From Camelus dromedarius (lineage: Eukaryota): a stretch of 64,000 bases of DNA. Made by a program: the position numbers and the translations under genes. Positions 35,370-48,540 of the stretch are shown piece after piece. The stretch is taken from assembly GCF_036321535.1 (NCBI RefSeq), contig NC_087438.1:1118001-1182000 (forward strand), given 5' to 3'. A model generated the notes under the pieces. It worked only from the letters and a program-made list of their open reading frames with translations. It searched no databases and was not told the DNA's origin. The stretch's first letter is position 1; the number at the start of each line of letters is the position of its first letter.

Positions 35370-38300
35370 GGTTGAAGAAATAATAACTGGAAAATATCCA
35401 AATACGATGAACCTTATAAATTCATAGATCCAAGAATTTTCTCCAACCTCGTGAGCAAAAAGCACAAGAAGTTACACCAGTGTGGGCCATCATCAGACTG
35501 CAGAAAGCCAACAACAAAGAGGAAATCGTAAAAGCAGCCAGAGGCACAAAGACACACGGCAGGTGTGCGGTGGGACCAAGGTAAGGATGGAGGCGGACTT
35601 CTTGTCATCGCCAGTTCAGGGCAGAGGCAGGGAAGCAACATCTGTAAAAAACTGAAAGAAAAAAATGTCAGCCTCGAATTTCTTACCCAGTGAAAGTCTC
35701 TTTCAAAAATGAAGGCAGAATAAAGACTTGTAAAGACCTACAAAGCTGAAAGAAGTTACCACCAGCAGGCCCACACAACAGAAAATGTCAGAGCAGGTCC
35801 TTCGGGCAGAAGAAAAATGACCCAGATGGAAACCTGAATCCACACAAAGGAAAGAAGACCACAAATGGCCACCAGAATCATGAATATAAAGTGGTTTTTC
35901 TCATTTAAATTTCTTTGAAAGGTAATTGACTGTTTCTAGCTGTAGAAACATAAAAATAATGTGATTTCGGTTATGATATGTGTGGAAGCAAAGTGCACTG
36001 AGGCCAGGAGGGAGAAGTGCAGGTGCTGGCATTTGAAGGAGGATGGTGACAGGTGAGATATGCGCACCATACACTCTGCACAACCCTCGGGCGCCACAGC
36101 AAGGGGAATAGCCAGGGAGATGACAAAGGAGGTAAGACAGAATCATAAAGTGCACTGAATCCAAAAGGAAACACAGAAATGGACAGAGAATGAGGAGCAA
36201 ATGTGACAAACTGGAAGCAAATGGCAAGATGGTAAACTTAATCCAACCATAGCAACAATCACATTAAATGTAAATGGTCAAGACACTGATCGAAAGGCAG
36301 AGATTGTTAGATTGGATAAAACTCAGTACCCAACTATTTGCTAACTAAAATAAACTCACTTTAAAAACAAAGACACAAACAGATTAGAAGGGTGTAATTT
36401 ATGTATCTCATATTAACATTAATCAATAGATAGAAGGCGTATCCTTATTAATGCAAGCAAAAGTCTATTTCAGAGCAAAAGTTATTCCTGGGGATGAAAA
36501 GGGCCATTTCATAATGATAAAGTTGCCAATTAATCAAGAGGACATAATAATCCTCAGCATTCATAAGCCTAAAATCAGAGAGGCAAATACATGTAGGCAG
36601 AATTAAAAGGATAAATCCCAAACCCAGAATTGGAGTCAGCACCCTTCCCTCAGAATAGAAAGGCAGAGCATCAGGAAAGACCCAGGAAACACTGAGCAAC
36701 ACTGCCGACCCCCTGATGTGCTTCACAGCTGTGGACCAATTCACCCAACAACCACGGAATATGTGTGGTTTTCAAGTGCACATGGAACAGGCACCAGGAT
36801 AGAGTCCATTAATGCGCCATGAACAAGTCCCAGTGCAAAGTACTAGCATGTACATGTTCTGACCGCAGTGAAATTAATGAGAAATCAGCGACAGACGATG
36901 TCTGGGCTATCCCCAAATATTTGGAAATCAAACAGCACACTCCTAGCTAATCTATGGGTCAAACAAGAAACCAAAAGAAAAGTTAGAAAATAAACACAAT
37001 TAGTAAAAACAAAACAACAGCATGTCACACTTCTCAAGATGCATGTAAGGCAGTGCCTGCAGGAGGTTGCATGGCGCTACATTCCTGTATCACAAAAGAA
37101 GGAAAGTCCCTGATCACTTACGTCAGATCTCGCCTTGGTGAACTAGAAAAGCAAGAGCAGGTGAAACTCTGAGAGAAGAAAGGAAATGATAAGCATCAGA
37201 CAGAAGCCAGCAGATTGGAAAAAGAAGGAATCATTGGAAAAAGCCGTGAAGCCCAAAGCTGGCTTTTCGAGGGAATCAATAAAATTAATAAACCTCAAGC
37301 TGAGCTGCAGGAAGAAGGAGAGAAAACACAAATTAGATGTCAGAAGCGAGAGAGACGGCGTCACCGTTGGTCCTACAGATACTGAAAGTACAGTGAGGGG
37401 AGAGTTGGCATAAATCTGATGGCAATAAATTTTAAAAGTTAGATAAAATGGATGTATTCCTCGGAAGACAAAAACTACCAGAACTTATTTGAGGGAAAAT
37501 AGGCCATCTGAGTAGGAGTATACATGTATGACAAATTGAAATGTGGTTTAAAATCTTTCCAGAAGGAAAATGCGGGCCCGCACGGCTCCTCTGCTGATGC
37601 AGCCAGACATTTAGAGGAGAAGCACCTGCAGCCAGCAGCACACTCGCCGGCGCAGCGCTTCTCCCGCAACGGCAAGACAAGGGGACCCCGTTCTCAGCAC
37701 TGCTGTTCAGCGCTGCACTGCAGGTCCCAGACAGGGCGACCCTTACGCAGGAAAACCAGCGGAGCACATCTAGGTCAGAAAGGAAGTAAGACTGACTTGG
37801 CGTTCAGACCACACACTTGTCTATGCAGACAATCCTTGGAGTCTAGAAAAACAGCCCCTGGAAGTCACATGTGAGTTTAGCGAAGCTGCAGAACACAAGA
37901 TCAGCACACAAAACGTGCTCGTCTTTGCACACGGACAACAGTTAGAAATAAAAGTGAAAAATGCCATTCCCAATGTCACAAAAATACCAAGTCCTTGGGG
38001 ATAAATCCAACAAAAAGTGCAGGACCTATGCACTGAAAACAACAAGTTTTTGATGAGCAATTAAAATAGACCTAATTAAACAGAGAGACGGACCAGAGCT
38101 GCAGATTGGGAGACATTACGTGGGGTGTCAGTTGTCCCCAGATGTATATGTGGATTCAGGGCAACACCAGTCAAAATCCTAGCAGGCCCCCACTTTTGGT
38201 AGAAATTGACAACCTAGTTCTAAAATTCATGTACAGTGTGCAGTATGAAAAGGAATATGTACACGTGTATATAGGTGTGTAACTGAATTACTATGCTGTG

Positions 38301-39035
38301 CACCAGAAACTAACACAGCATTGTAAACTGACTGCACTTCAATTAAAAAAGAAGAAAAGGAAAAAACAAAACCAAAAAAGGCTCTTGTCCACAAAGAAAA
38401 AAAAATCACGTACAGATCGCAAACTACTTAAGGTAGTTAAATAATTTTGAAATAGAAGAATGAATCTGGAAGATTTTCACTATCTGATTTCAGGACTTAC
38501 TATATGGTTTTCAGGATTTACTCTTTGGACAAACAGGGCAATAGAATAGAAGAGAGAATTCAGAAATAGACGTGTGTATATGCTGACTGGCTTTTGATAA
38601 ATGTGCACATCAGTGGAGAAAGGACAGTCTCTCTCTCCTTTCTGGAACAATTGGTGACCCATAAAAATTAACTTTGTCCTATGCCTTGCACCACATACAA
38701 AATTTAGTCAGAATGGGTCACAAACTTAAACTGAAAACTGCAAGGCTTCTAGAAGAAAACATACAGGAAATCTTTGGGACTTTAGGTTAGACAAATACTT
38801 CTTAGATGTAACGTCAAAAGCATGACCTATAAAAGGAAACGTTGGTGCCTTCTACTTCCTCAAAATCAGTATCTTCCCTTAGAAAGAAGATACCGGGAGA
38901 GAGGCACAAACTGGAAGAAAATACTTGCAGGTCACATGCATGACAAAGGACTTGTAGCCAGAATATGTAAAGAACTCTCAAAAGTCAACAACAGGAGACA
39001 AGGAACTGAATACAAAATAAGCAAAAGATTGGGAA
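35370..39035 (+). mobile_element. Large decayed LINE-1 (ORF1 3' half, inter-ORF region, ORF2 with internal deletion)
   Basis: ORF1: gaagaaataataactggaaaatatccaaat, aaagaggaaatcgtaaaagcagccaga, cagcctcgaatttcttacccagtgaaagtctctttcaaaaatgaaggc; ORF2 start aatcacattaaatgtaaatggt (ITLNVNG) at ~36255; NWKKILAGHMHDKGLVARICKEL near 38900. Confidence 0.92.
38237..38400 (+). mobile_element. Younger L1 3' tail nested inside the older L1
   Basis: atgaaaaggaatatgta...aactgaattactatgctgtgcaccagaaactaacacagcattgtaaactgactgcacttcaatt plus A tail; TSD aaaattcatgtacag (38222-38236) / aaaaatcacgtacag (38401-38415). Confidence 0.88.
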
Positions 39036-40979
39036 CCAAGTGGTCTGTCCCAGCTCCAGAAGGACCTGAGGCTGAAGAGGGGCCGCCCCGGCCCTTGTGC
39101 TTGAGGGGGACTCAGCCGTGGACAGAGCTGCCCACCCTGGCCACCGAGCACTGTGTGTGTGTCTCACCCTCTCCTGGATGACCTCTCTCACTGTTTCCCA
39201 TTGGGTATTGTGGATTTCCTAGGGGACAATCCTATCTCTTTATATAATGAGTTTCCACTCTGCTTTTCCAATATTTTATCTCTTGTTGGCTCTCTGTCTG
39301 CTTCTCATTTTTTGGCGGGGCTGTTGGAAGAGCAGATAACTTACATCCTCCTGGGACCTGTAGCCACGAACGGGGCGGGGGGGGGTAGGGGGAGTGAGAA
39401 TGTTTATTAATGACCGCACAACCTTTTAAAAGCCCATTCTCCAGTGTGGTGTCTGGAACCCAGATAAACTTTTTGAGTCTGAAGCTGGAGGAAACTCACA
39501 CAGCTCTTCAGAGCTGCAGGGTCTTGGAGAAACAAGCGATTTCCTAACATTAAGGAAATGTTCTGTGTGCTTTGAACGTGGGTTCTCGTCATCGCAGTAG
39601 TGACGGGAAGCCGTGTTCTCGCTGCCGACCCCCACACGCAGGACCCGCAGGGGTGCTTGGACACTGCGTTGTATTAAACGTCCGTGGGGGACCGAGCCTG
39701 CCCAGTCTCACCAAACGGGTGCTGACTCCACTGTAAACTAACAGGAAGTGTTTAAGGCGGTGTTAGCTGAAAGTCAGTCACGCTGCTAAAACCCCGTGTC
39801 AGGCCGAGGTGTCCACTGTCTCCTAGAACGGCCTTGAATGGCCTTGGGAAGGCTGAGCCCTCCCTCTACTCGTTTCTTGCACATCTTCCCACGGGGCGCT
39901 GTCCTTGGTGGCCCCCAGGCCATTCCCCCGCCCCGCCTGGCAGGTGCTGGACGCTGGGAGAGGAGCAGGTGGATGGTAGGAAGTGTGGTCTCCCACAATG
40001 GGAGCCGTCACTGCAGTCCCCAAGGAGGCAGGACAGTCCACTCTCCACTCCCCCAGTTCCCTTAGCTTGGCGTTCACATCTTTTGAGGCTTTGACCTGAA
40101 ACCATTGTCCAGCTTCCTTGGACTGGCCCCACCTCGGCCACCCTGTGCTGAGGGGTTCATGGGAAGAGAGGGCCCGTTGGTGAACAGACAGCACTGCAGC
40201 CGTCGAGTGAGCAGTTTTTGCACACACGTGTGCACACACACTGTAAGTTGCGCTTCAGCCCGGGAGGGGAGCAGGTGAGCGGTCACCCCCAGGCACAGGT
40301 GGGGAAACCGGCCGGCTCGTTCAAGATGACTTAGCTGGGAGCAGGACCTTGTCCCTGGAGCCCAGGTGGCTGCAAGTCCTTCAAGGACAGGCTCCTCCTT
40401 GTCAGTCTGTCCCACAGTAACCCCACTGCACAAGCAGGTGAGGGGCGTGGAGGCACTCAGGGATGGGTGGCCCCTTGAAGCCTCCTGGTTCCTCTGCTCA
40501 CGTGCCCAGGACCCTTGCAAAAGCACTGCTAGGCTTGGAGGGCCAGGCAGCATTCAAGGGTCCCCATCACTGGGCATGAGTTGCATTCTTTTTGAAAATA
40601 AATGACACCCAATTCACACGTGCAGGTGGCGTGTCCTGTGGGCAAGTTGTTCCAACCTCGTCGTGCTGGGTAGCACAGTCCTTTGGCCTTGGAGGGGGGA
40701 GGACTCGGGGGCAGCTGCTGTGAGCGTCCCACACATTCTGGGTCACCCTTTGGCCTGACCATCTGTCTTCTGGAGAGGCCATCTGTGCGGGCCACCGCGT
40801 GCGGGAGACACACCGCAGGGCCGGTCTCCGCCGGGGGGTGGGGACGGAGGGACACATGGACCAGAGCTGGAGCACGTTCGGGCTGGCTGACCTCGGAGGA
40901 AGTGGGGAAGCTTGTTTGATTTTCAGGGGAAAGGAATTCCACAGGGGAAGGAGTCGGGACTTCGGTAGTCGGCAATATC

Positions 40980-41270
40980 AGCTCTAAAAATGCAATTTCC
41001 GGATTAATAACAAAGGCTGTTCTCGCCCGCTCGCTCCTGCACGGCGCGCTCCGACCACAGAGCATATTGTGCCCCGCGGCCCCGGCGCAGGCACGGCTTC
41101 GCCGTCCTCCCCGCGTACCGGGCCCCCTGGAAATGAGAAACGCACCTCGGCCGGCCGGCCGCGGTTAAATATTAAAGCTTGTAACTGCAATATTTGTGCG
41201 ACTGCGTATTGCATTACGGTGGAGAAGAACTCACAGGAAAGATTGTTCTTTTCTGAAACCTCCAATATCC
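40980..41270. promoter_or_regulatory. Candidate enhancer (CpG core flanked by AT-rich TF motifs)
   Basis: Non-repetitive; ggattaataacaaagg (homeodomain plus SOX-like AACAAAG), CpG-dense core, ttaaatattaa. Confidence 0.35.
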
Positions 41271-41354
41271 AAGCCACTGTGACCTATTTTGTCCTGCTCA
41301 GAGGGTGTTGGCATCAAGGACCCGTTTAGACATAGAACAAAATGTCTCGACCAC

Positions 41355-41455
41355 CCGCGTGCACACATATGCAACACGTACGTATGTCTGTTATGCACGT
41401 ACGTCTGTTGACACACAGACGCATGTACACCTGTGCGTGTGTTTTTACACATGCT
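41355..41455. repeat. Degenerate alternating purine-pyrimidine (CA/TG/CG) tract
   Basis: cgcgtgcacacatatgcaacacgtacgtatgt...gcatgtacacctgtgcgtgtgt. Confidence 0.6.
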
Positions 41456-44259
41456 CCAAAGTGCCAATTAACGTGCTAAATACCATGTGTGATTTTAGAC
41501 TGCTTCCCCATCAGGCTGCTTCAGGAAGGGGAGCAGGTGGGCCTCCATTTGAAACAGACTCATCCGTTCCCTGGTCAAGAAGTTCTTCTTTAGGAAGAAC
41601 TCAAACGCCAAAGGGAAAGGCTAGAGTCAGCGAAGGTGCGCGACACGCCGTGTGCTGCTCCAGCTCACCCACCGGCCCTGGGGTGGAAAAGAAGGAAACG
41701 TTATATGTTAAGGGTTAAAAATTAGACACAGCAAGCAAACTGAGAGCAAAGGAAAGAGGGACCAGGACGTCAGGGGGACGGTAATATACCCTGTAGTTTA
41801 CACGGAAGGATTCTTGGAATCTCGAAACAAAGACTAACATTCAAACCGCTAAAATGGCTCTAGTACTGAGTGGACAAACGAGCCTCTAGTTCTAAAACAG
41901 GACAAAATACATGAAGTTCTCATCGTGACCACTGTCTGTTAGCAGAACGAACAGGGTGGGCACACAGTCCACACCTCCCCTGGCTCCCAGCCGGGTCTAG
42001 CTCATGGATTCATAAACACCACTTGTTTTGAAAATGACTATATTGTGAATTAAACCTAAGTCTCTTGACGGGAAACACTACAGACTCGGAGTTTCATGGT
42101 GACCTGAAGCAAACCCCCCAAAACGCTGCAGCGCACAGGTCATCGTGCTCGGACCCTGCCTCCGCCGGCCTGACGCTCGGGGCGGGGCTGTGCCGTCTGG
42201 GCAGGGCCACTCGTCCATGGAGGCCACAGCGGGTGTCTGTGAGGGCCCAGGGGAGAGAAGGTCCGGGTGACTTCCCGCGCCATGGCTGGGGCCTGCCCAC
42301 CTCTCCCAGGGGAAGGGTGCGCCATTTCTGTCCAAGAATCATGCGGACCTAGATCCCAGCTCTGTCTTGCTGTCAGACTGTGTCCTGTAAGCTTCAACTG
42401 CAGGATGTCCAAATCCAGGGACAGTCCTGCAGTCGTGGTTCTGGTCACAGGTGATGGTCCTGAGAGGTCACGGGCAGTGGATGATGGCTGAGAGTGAAGG
42501 TCAGAGGCCAGTGCCGAGGGCAATAATGTGGGTGACGATTGTCGGTGAAGGTCATGGTTGATGGTCATAGCACCTGTGGCAAAGGTCATGAGGACGCCTT
42601 CGGGGAAAAGCGTGCTGTGCGGGGATGCGGCGCCGTCGTCTGGCTCATGGGTGGACCTTGGTTCCGTCCAGGAGCAGCTTGCTTGTACAGCATCTCAGAC
42701 TGAATTGTGAGGGGGCACGTGCGAGGCGGGGGCCTGAAGGGGCCCGTGTGCAACTGAGGCATGAGTGACCCTGACCCCAAAGAAGAAAGATGGACAGTTC
42801 GAGCAACAGTGAGTCAAATCCAGAAAAACGTGTGGGTGTGGCTGTGAACGTTTGCTGCTGTTCTTCTGTGGTTTCTGTGCAGAAATTCAGGGGGACAGAC
42901 TGGGAGGTGGGTCCTGGTAGGACATTCAGGGAAATACAGCCCGCGGTCACCACCGAGCCTGAAGCAGAGCGAGCGTCCACGTCTAAATGGGGCGGGGTGA
43001 CCCTCAGAAGCGATCAGAGGCAGTCTGGCTGGTGTCCCCCGTGGAGGGCGGCTTCTCCGGAGGGGACGCGAGGAGGCTGGGCCTGCCTCTGCTTTTCCCA
43101 GCGGGCAGGCAGCTCAATGGAGAAACTCACGCTGTTAAAACCAGCTCCCCAGGAAGGATGGAGATACAGCCAGTGTCCTTGACTGTGGGTCCGTCTGGAT
43201 GTGTGAGTCCTGACCGCGTGTCCTTTGTAAACACCCCGTCTGGCGGCTACTTTCAGGTCTCCTTGAAGTCACCTGTCACACCGGCACACACAGAGGTGGC
43301 TCTGTCCCTGGTCCCCTCCCGTACAGACCTTACAGCTGGCCCCCGGTTCTTCAGAGACAGTATTGTGAAGTCATGTATTCACATTTTAATAGTTTGAGGT
43401 ATCTTGGCGATGGATTGAATCACAGGATAAAATAGAAGTGCATTTTCTGTTTTCTGAAACGTATTCGGTCTGTATTTTCCTCTCCGAATTCTGGGACCCT
43501 GTAAAGTTTTAACATAAAGTGAGGACTTCTTGAATGTGACCGTGTACAGGTGTTTCCCTCATACCCTGCAGCCTGTCCCTTCACAGCCTTCCACGGCAGC
43601 AACGCAGAGAAGGCGGTTTTGCTGAAAATCTCCAGACGAACTCACCCTCGTGCTGAGGTCATGATGGGAGACACCCGCCTCCAGCTGATGCTGCGGGAAG
43701 GGAGGTAGCGCCGAGAGGCAAGCAAGGCTCCGATGCGTGCGGCTCTGGTCCTGCATCCATGCGGTCGCGCCGGCAGGTGCACCAGCTATTTCACAGCTGG
43801 TGTGTTTGCTGCTGACTTGAAACCCAAGCAGATGGATGCGTGAAAGCAAGCAAAGAACTTCAAAAGGATTTTACAAAATGATGTGTGTGAATCTGGGGAT
43901 GAAATCTGCTGGACTGGAACCCAGATGCATTCTACAAGCTTGTGGGCCAGAAAGTGAACTTCAGAAGAGCAGAAACAAACCAAACATGTGAAGAGCAGAA
44001 AAGGCATTTCTTTAAAGCGCTACGCCTAAGCCACACAGTGTTCACTCCGGGGGTCATTTCGCTCATGGAGACGGTGCTGCGAGGGGGCCCAGGCGCCAGC
44101 GCTGGTGCTGGCCCCGGCGGGTATTTCTGCCTCCGCACGTGCTCACATGCGGGCTGTGAGCCCGTCTCGCACGGGTGGGGAGCAGGGACCACGACGAGTG
44201 CTGGCTGTCTCTTGTGCTTGTTTTAATGAGGAAAAAGGAGCAGATTCGGTCTAATGACT

Positions 44260-44590
44260 GACAACTGGGGCTGACACCAAGCAGGTCCCTGTGCAGCCTC
44301 CTGGGGCCAGACCCCACATCTGAGCCCTTGTCTGTAGGAAGCTTTAGTCTCTGAGGCCTTCCCTGGGTTCCAAGGAGCAAATTTAATCAGAGAAGTGAGA
44401 AAATACAGAGAGAAAGGAAAACAGTCAAACAAGGCAAAATAACCATAGTTCAGCCACTAAGCAAAGTCGAGGGCCTTCAGCTCCTCCTCAAGGGCTGTGG
44501 GTAATGCTCTGAGCCTCGTCCTTCGAGCTGTTCTGCAGAGGCCAAAACCCCCACCTGGTGGAAGAAGATAACGCGTGCTGTCCCCCAGCT
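44260..44590 (+). mobile_element. ERV1-class LTR fragment (laurasiatherian type)
   Basis: accaagcaggtccctgtgcagcctcctggg...aggccttccctgggttccaaggagca...agcaaagtcgagggccttcagctcctcctcaagggctgtgggtaatgctctgagcc...cccccacctggtggaagaagataac resembles ungulate/carnivore ERV1 LTR U3; orientation inferred from recalled consensus. Confidence 0.65.
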
Positions 44591-45628
44591 CTGCACCTGC
44601 CTCTGTGGGCATCCCCACCATCCCGGGGACAGCAGAGGACACTGCTCGCCCATGCTGGACGCAGGCAGTGGTGCGGCAAGTTCAAGGCGTTCAAGACGGG
44701 TGCACTTGCCAGGGGCCCTCACTGCGGCCGAACGACTGGCCCTCACCCCCTCGGAAGCTGACTCATGTCACGGCGGCGTCTGCTGGGTACAGTGCCTTGA
44801 CCGCTATCGCGCTTTCTCCCCGCAGCCTTTGTGGGGAGAACACTGCAGGATTCATCCGGAGTTGGGTTTGTGACTCGGGCTGCTGTCGGGGAAAGTGAAA
44901 GCCAGTAGCTTTCCATGGTGTAAGTATTCTGTGATTTCAAATCACCTTGGAAAGCCTCTTCCACTCTGTGGGGGAAGGACTACGCGCATGAGCTAGCGTG
45001 GAGACAGCGCCCTGCTTCTGTTGAACCATTTGCCTGTAGCTCTCTTGTGTACAGAGCATTTCAAGAAAACTAGGGGTAAGTCCTATTCTTAAGGTCAAAA
45101 CTGCAACAGCAGATGTTGTTTTCCTCCTCCGGGGCCATCCTGAGACTAGTTAAAGATGCTCTGCCCCAGCGTGTTCCACACTGTCCCCAGTCCCTGCGCA
45201 GGTCCTCCGACTCCGAGCGGTGGGCAGTGGGACTGCTGCAGGGCTGGACGGGCAGCTTTGTCCAGCTTCCCGGGCCTTCCGCAAGTGCTTGCTCTGAACG
45301 GGATGCTGCCCGTGCTGGGGGTGCAGATGCCTTCATGTTCCCAGAACCGATGGTCTACACGGGGGATGACAGTGGCCAGGTCCTTGATGTGAAAACCCAT
45401 CTGCCTAAGTAGGACAAAATAAGCCCTTTGTGGCTTTCTCTGCCACCATGGAACGCATCAAAGTCACAGCTTCCCCACGCTCACAGGCTGCTGTGTGTGA
45501 ACCGTTGCACCGGCATCCATCACGCACTTTGATGACCTGCCGTGTGGGGCCTGCTTCAGCATCTCTGGAGAGAGGGGGTGGGGACCATGGATTCTGGGAC
45601 AAGGTCCTGGTGACAGCCACATCATGTC

Positions 45629-46056
45629 TCTGATGGCCCATTTATGTGTTCACGTGGCTGGGCCACGGTGCCCAGATCTTGGGTCAAGCATTTTTCTGGA
45701 TGTTTCTGTGAAGTTGGTTTTTGGGTGAGGTTAACATTTAAATTGGTGGACGGAGTGAGCAGGTTGCCCTCTCTGATGTGGGTGGGTCTCGTCCAATCAG
45801 CTGAAGAGCTGGATAGAAGTGAGAAGGGGTTTGTTGGCTGACCTCCCCTGAGCAGGAGGGACCTGTCAGAAGAGGGCTGTGGACTCAACTCGCAGCTCTT
45901 CCGCGAGCCTTCAGCCTGCTGGCCTCTCCAGCAGGCTTCGGGGCCTCTGAGTCTCCATAATTGTGCGAGCCATTCTTTAAAATAAATCTCTCCCTCTCTC
46001 TATACACACGTATGTTCACATCCTGTTGGTTTGTCTGGAGAACCTTCACTAATACC
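45629..46056 (+). mobile_element. MLT2D-like (ERVL) solo LTR
   Basis: tgatggcccatttatgtgttcacgtggctgggccacggtgcccaga...gtgggtgggtctcgtccaatcagctgaag...aaaataaatctctc...ctggagaaccttcactaatac. Confidence 0.88.
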
Positions 46057-46204
46057 CAACCTTATTCATAAACATCATAATCTCTCTTGAAAAGAGTTGG
46101 GTAATTGGCCCCGGACCACACAGCCAGTGAAGGACCTGGACCCTGTCACATCTGTCTGTCTGGCTTTAAACTCACCACCTGGCAGCAGAGGTGGAACGGA
46201 GCAG

Positions 46205-46410
46205 ACCGTGTTCTGAGCACCGTGCCCGGCAATCCCCTGTGTGATCCTCATGAGGCTCCTTGGAGGGGCTACCGTCATCACTCCAGCTTACAGATGAGGA
46301 GACAGAGGCACAGAAAGGTTACGTAACCTGCCTAAGGTCACACAGCTAGTTAGCAGCAGAGCTCAGATTTGAATCCAAGCCATCTACCCCCAGAGCCCCG
46401 CCTGCTCCTA
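46205..46410 (-). mobile_element. MIR SINE
   Basis: Core acagatgaggagacagaggcacagaaaggttacgtaacctgcctaaggtcacacagctagt. Confidence 0.9.
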
Positions 46411-48091
46411 CCTCTACACGCCGGCATCCTCTGCAGTCTCCCTCTCTCCATGGGGAGACACGCAGTAAAATCAGTGGATTTTGTAATATTGTAGGGGGCA
46501 CTGCCTGCCTGTGTGGTTGTGGCGGTCCTGCGTCCTCTCAGAAGTGCCTGGTCCTCTGTGGGCTGTTCCCACGTGTTACAGAGGGAACTCAGACACGAGC
46601 CCCGTGAGGGCGGCTGCTGAACAAGCCCTCACACACGTGTCTTCACGGGGACAGACAGGTGGGCGTCTCTGCCGCTGTGGGGGCTGGCTCTCTCCTGAGC
46701 GGTGACCAGGTGGGCAGGTGGCTGGGGGCCTGTTTCTCCTGGCAGGTGATTCTAAGCGAACTTTCTCCAATTTGAGCAATTATAAAATAATCTACCACAA
46801 TTTCTGATTTGTAAAAGCACTCGAGTTTACCCACCTCCCAAGAGGGAGAGTTTCGCTCAGACCCAAGTAACTGAATCCAGCTCCTGGCACCAGATTGGAG
46901 TCGTGTGTGACAAGGAAAATGCACCAGACATGGCACGCTGGGTGCCCGGAACCCAGCCCTGGGTGCACGGGCCTTGCCCGCTGGAGCTTGGCTTCAAGAG
47001 AGGGAAGGACCAAAACTGCAAAAAACGACACGCCGAAGAGTGAAGGGGCGGCCTCGCTCCCTGCGTGGCAGAGGCTTGGGGGCGGGCAGCTGCGTCTTGG
47101 GGTGAAGGCGCGGGGTGGGTGCAGGTGCCTCGTGGGCCCCGCCGGCCCTGGTGGACCGCAGCAGCCATCCCACCTCCTCGGCACCCACGACCCCGCCCTT
47201 CGTCTCTGCACTCGAAAAGCAAATGGCATTTATAATCTTACTAAATCTAAAACAAAGCATACGCATTCCAGAAAATTTTCAAAATAGGGAGAAGTCTGGC
47301 ATTACAGCTGTGTTTAATTGCAGCCTCCCTGCCCCCCGCCCCCCTCTGTGCGGGTGACATCGTGGACTGTCTTGGCCGCTGTTTCTGTCTACGGAGGTAG
47401 CAGAGGGCATGGTGGCACCGCCGTGGGGCAGGGTCTCTGTCACACTCTGCGGGTTCACAGACTGGGCTGGGCTGGGCTGGGCACACCACTGCGATCTGGT
47501 TTTCAAGACACACGAGGTACAGTTTCCCTGGGGTGTTGCCGGCGTCATAAGCACGACGCAACGTACATTATGCTGTGAGCCATTGTCACTAGTTACCAGT
47601 TTCCTCCAGTGATGAAATTGCAGTATTTAAAATGTTTCTACTGTTTGTGATACTTTTATGTGACGCTTGTCTTAGATTAATCTTGACCCACCTCATCAGG
47701 GTTTCACATCGGACTTCCCGGCACGTGAGTCTGGGTGTGTACGCAGGTGTCCAAGGACACCGGTTGCTCAGAGGACGCAAAATCCCTCTTTTCCCTGCCT
47801 CCCTCCCAGCCCGAGACCTCCCTTCCCTCCTTTTACGTGTTCACGTTTGATTCCTGAATCGCTGCGCGGGCTGTCTCCCTGATAAACAGGCTCAAGCCCC
47901 ACCTAGAAGGGGGTCAGGACCCTCCGTGCCCCTCCGGCAGCGCCGCCCCGTCCTGCGCAGCCGGCCCCCGCTGCGCTCCACGCCTGGTCCTCCGTGGACC
48001 TGCTTGTTCACGCCTCTCGTGCTGTGTTCTGCCGGCTCGTTTGCAGTCGGTCTTCCCCACGCCCTTAGGCCTTTCTCTGCAGTTGGGACTG

Positions 48092-48540
48092 TTTTTTCCC
48101 TTTTACTGAAGTATTTATAAAATTTGTTATTGTTGAAGTATTTGTAATGTGGGGTTAGTTCCAGGTGCACAGCACAGTGGCTTGGTGTTTTTGGTGATTA
48201 CACTCCATTGTAGGTTATCACAGGACAGTGGGTATAATTCCCTGTGTGGCACAGTGTGTTCTTTTTTTAAGCTTTTTTTTTTTTTTTTTTTTTTTGTAGG
48301 AGGGGATATTTGATTATCTTTTTAACGGCGGTGCTGGGGACTGAACCCAGGACCTCGTGCATGCTCGGCACACGCTCTCGCTCTGTGCTGTGCCTCCCCC
48401 CCGAGTCCATTCTTGTCGCTTATCGATTCCGTGTACACCGTGTGTGTATGTTAATCCCACTCCCCTAATTTAACTTGTGCCCCTCCCCCCCTTTGGTAAC
48501 CACTGGTTCGTTTTCTGTCTGTGAGTCTGTTTCTGTTTTA
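48092..48540 (-). mobile_element. LINE-1 3' UTR, interrupted by a SINE
   Basis: ttttactgaagta...taggttatcacaggacagtgggtataattccctgtg...ttggtaaccactggttcgttttctgtctgtgagtctgtttctgtttt. Confidence 0.8.
48262..48402 (-). mobile_element. tRNA-Ala-derived camelid SINE nested in L1 3' UTR
   Basis: Poly-T then gtgctggggactgaacccaggacctcgtgcatgctcggcacacgctct...cctccccccc (reverse complement of the SINE head). Confidence 0.88.

Noticed and set aside
27978..39035. Active reverse transcriptase, retron-like or domesticated L1 gene
   Set aside because: Numerous stops, frameshifts, deletions and a mutated catalytic motif (FTDC instead of FADD); dead L1 relics.
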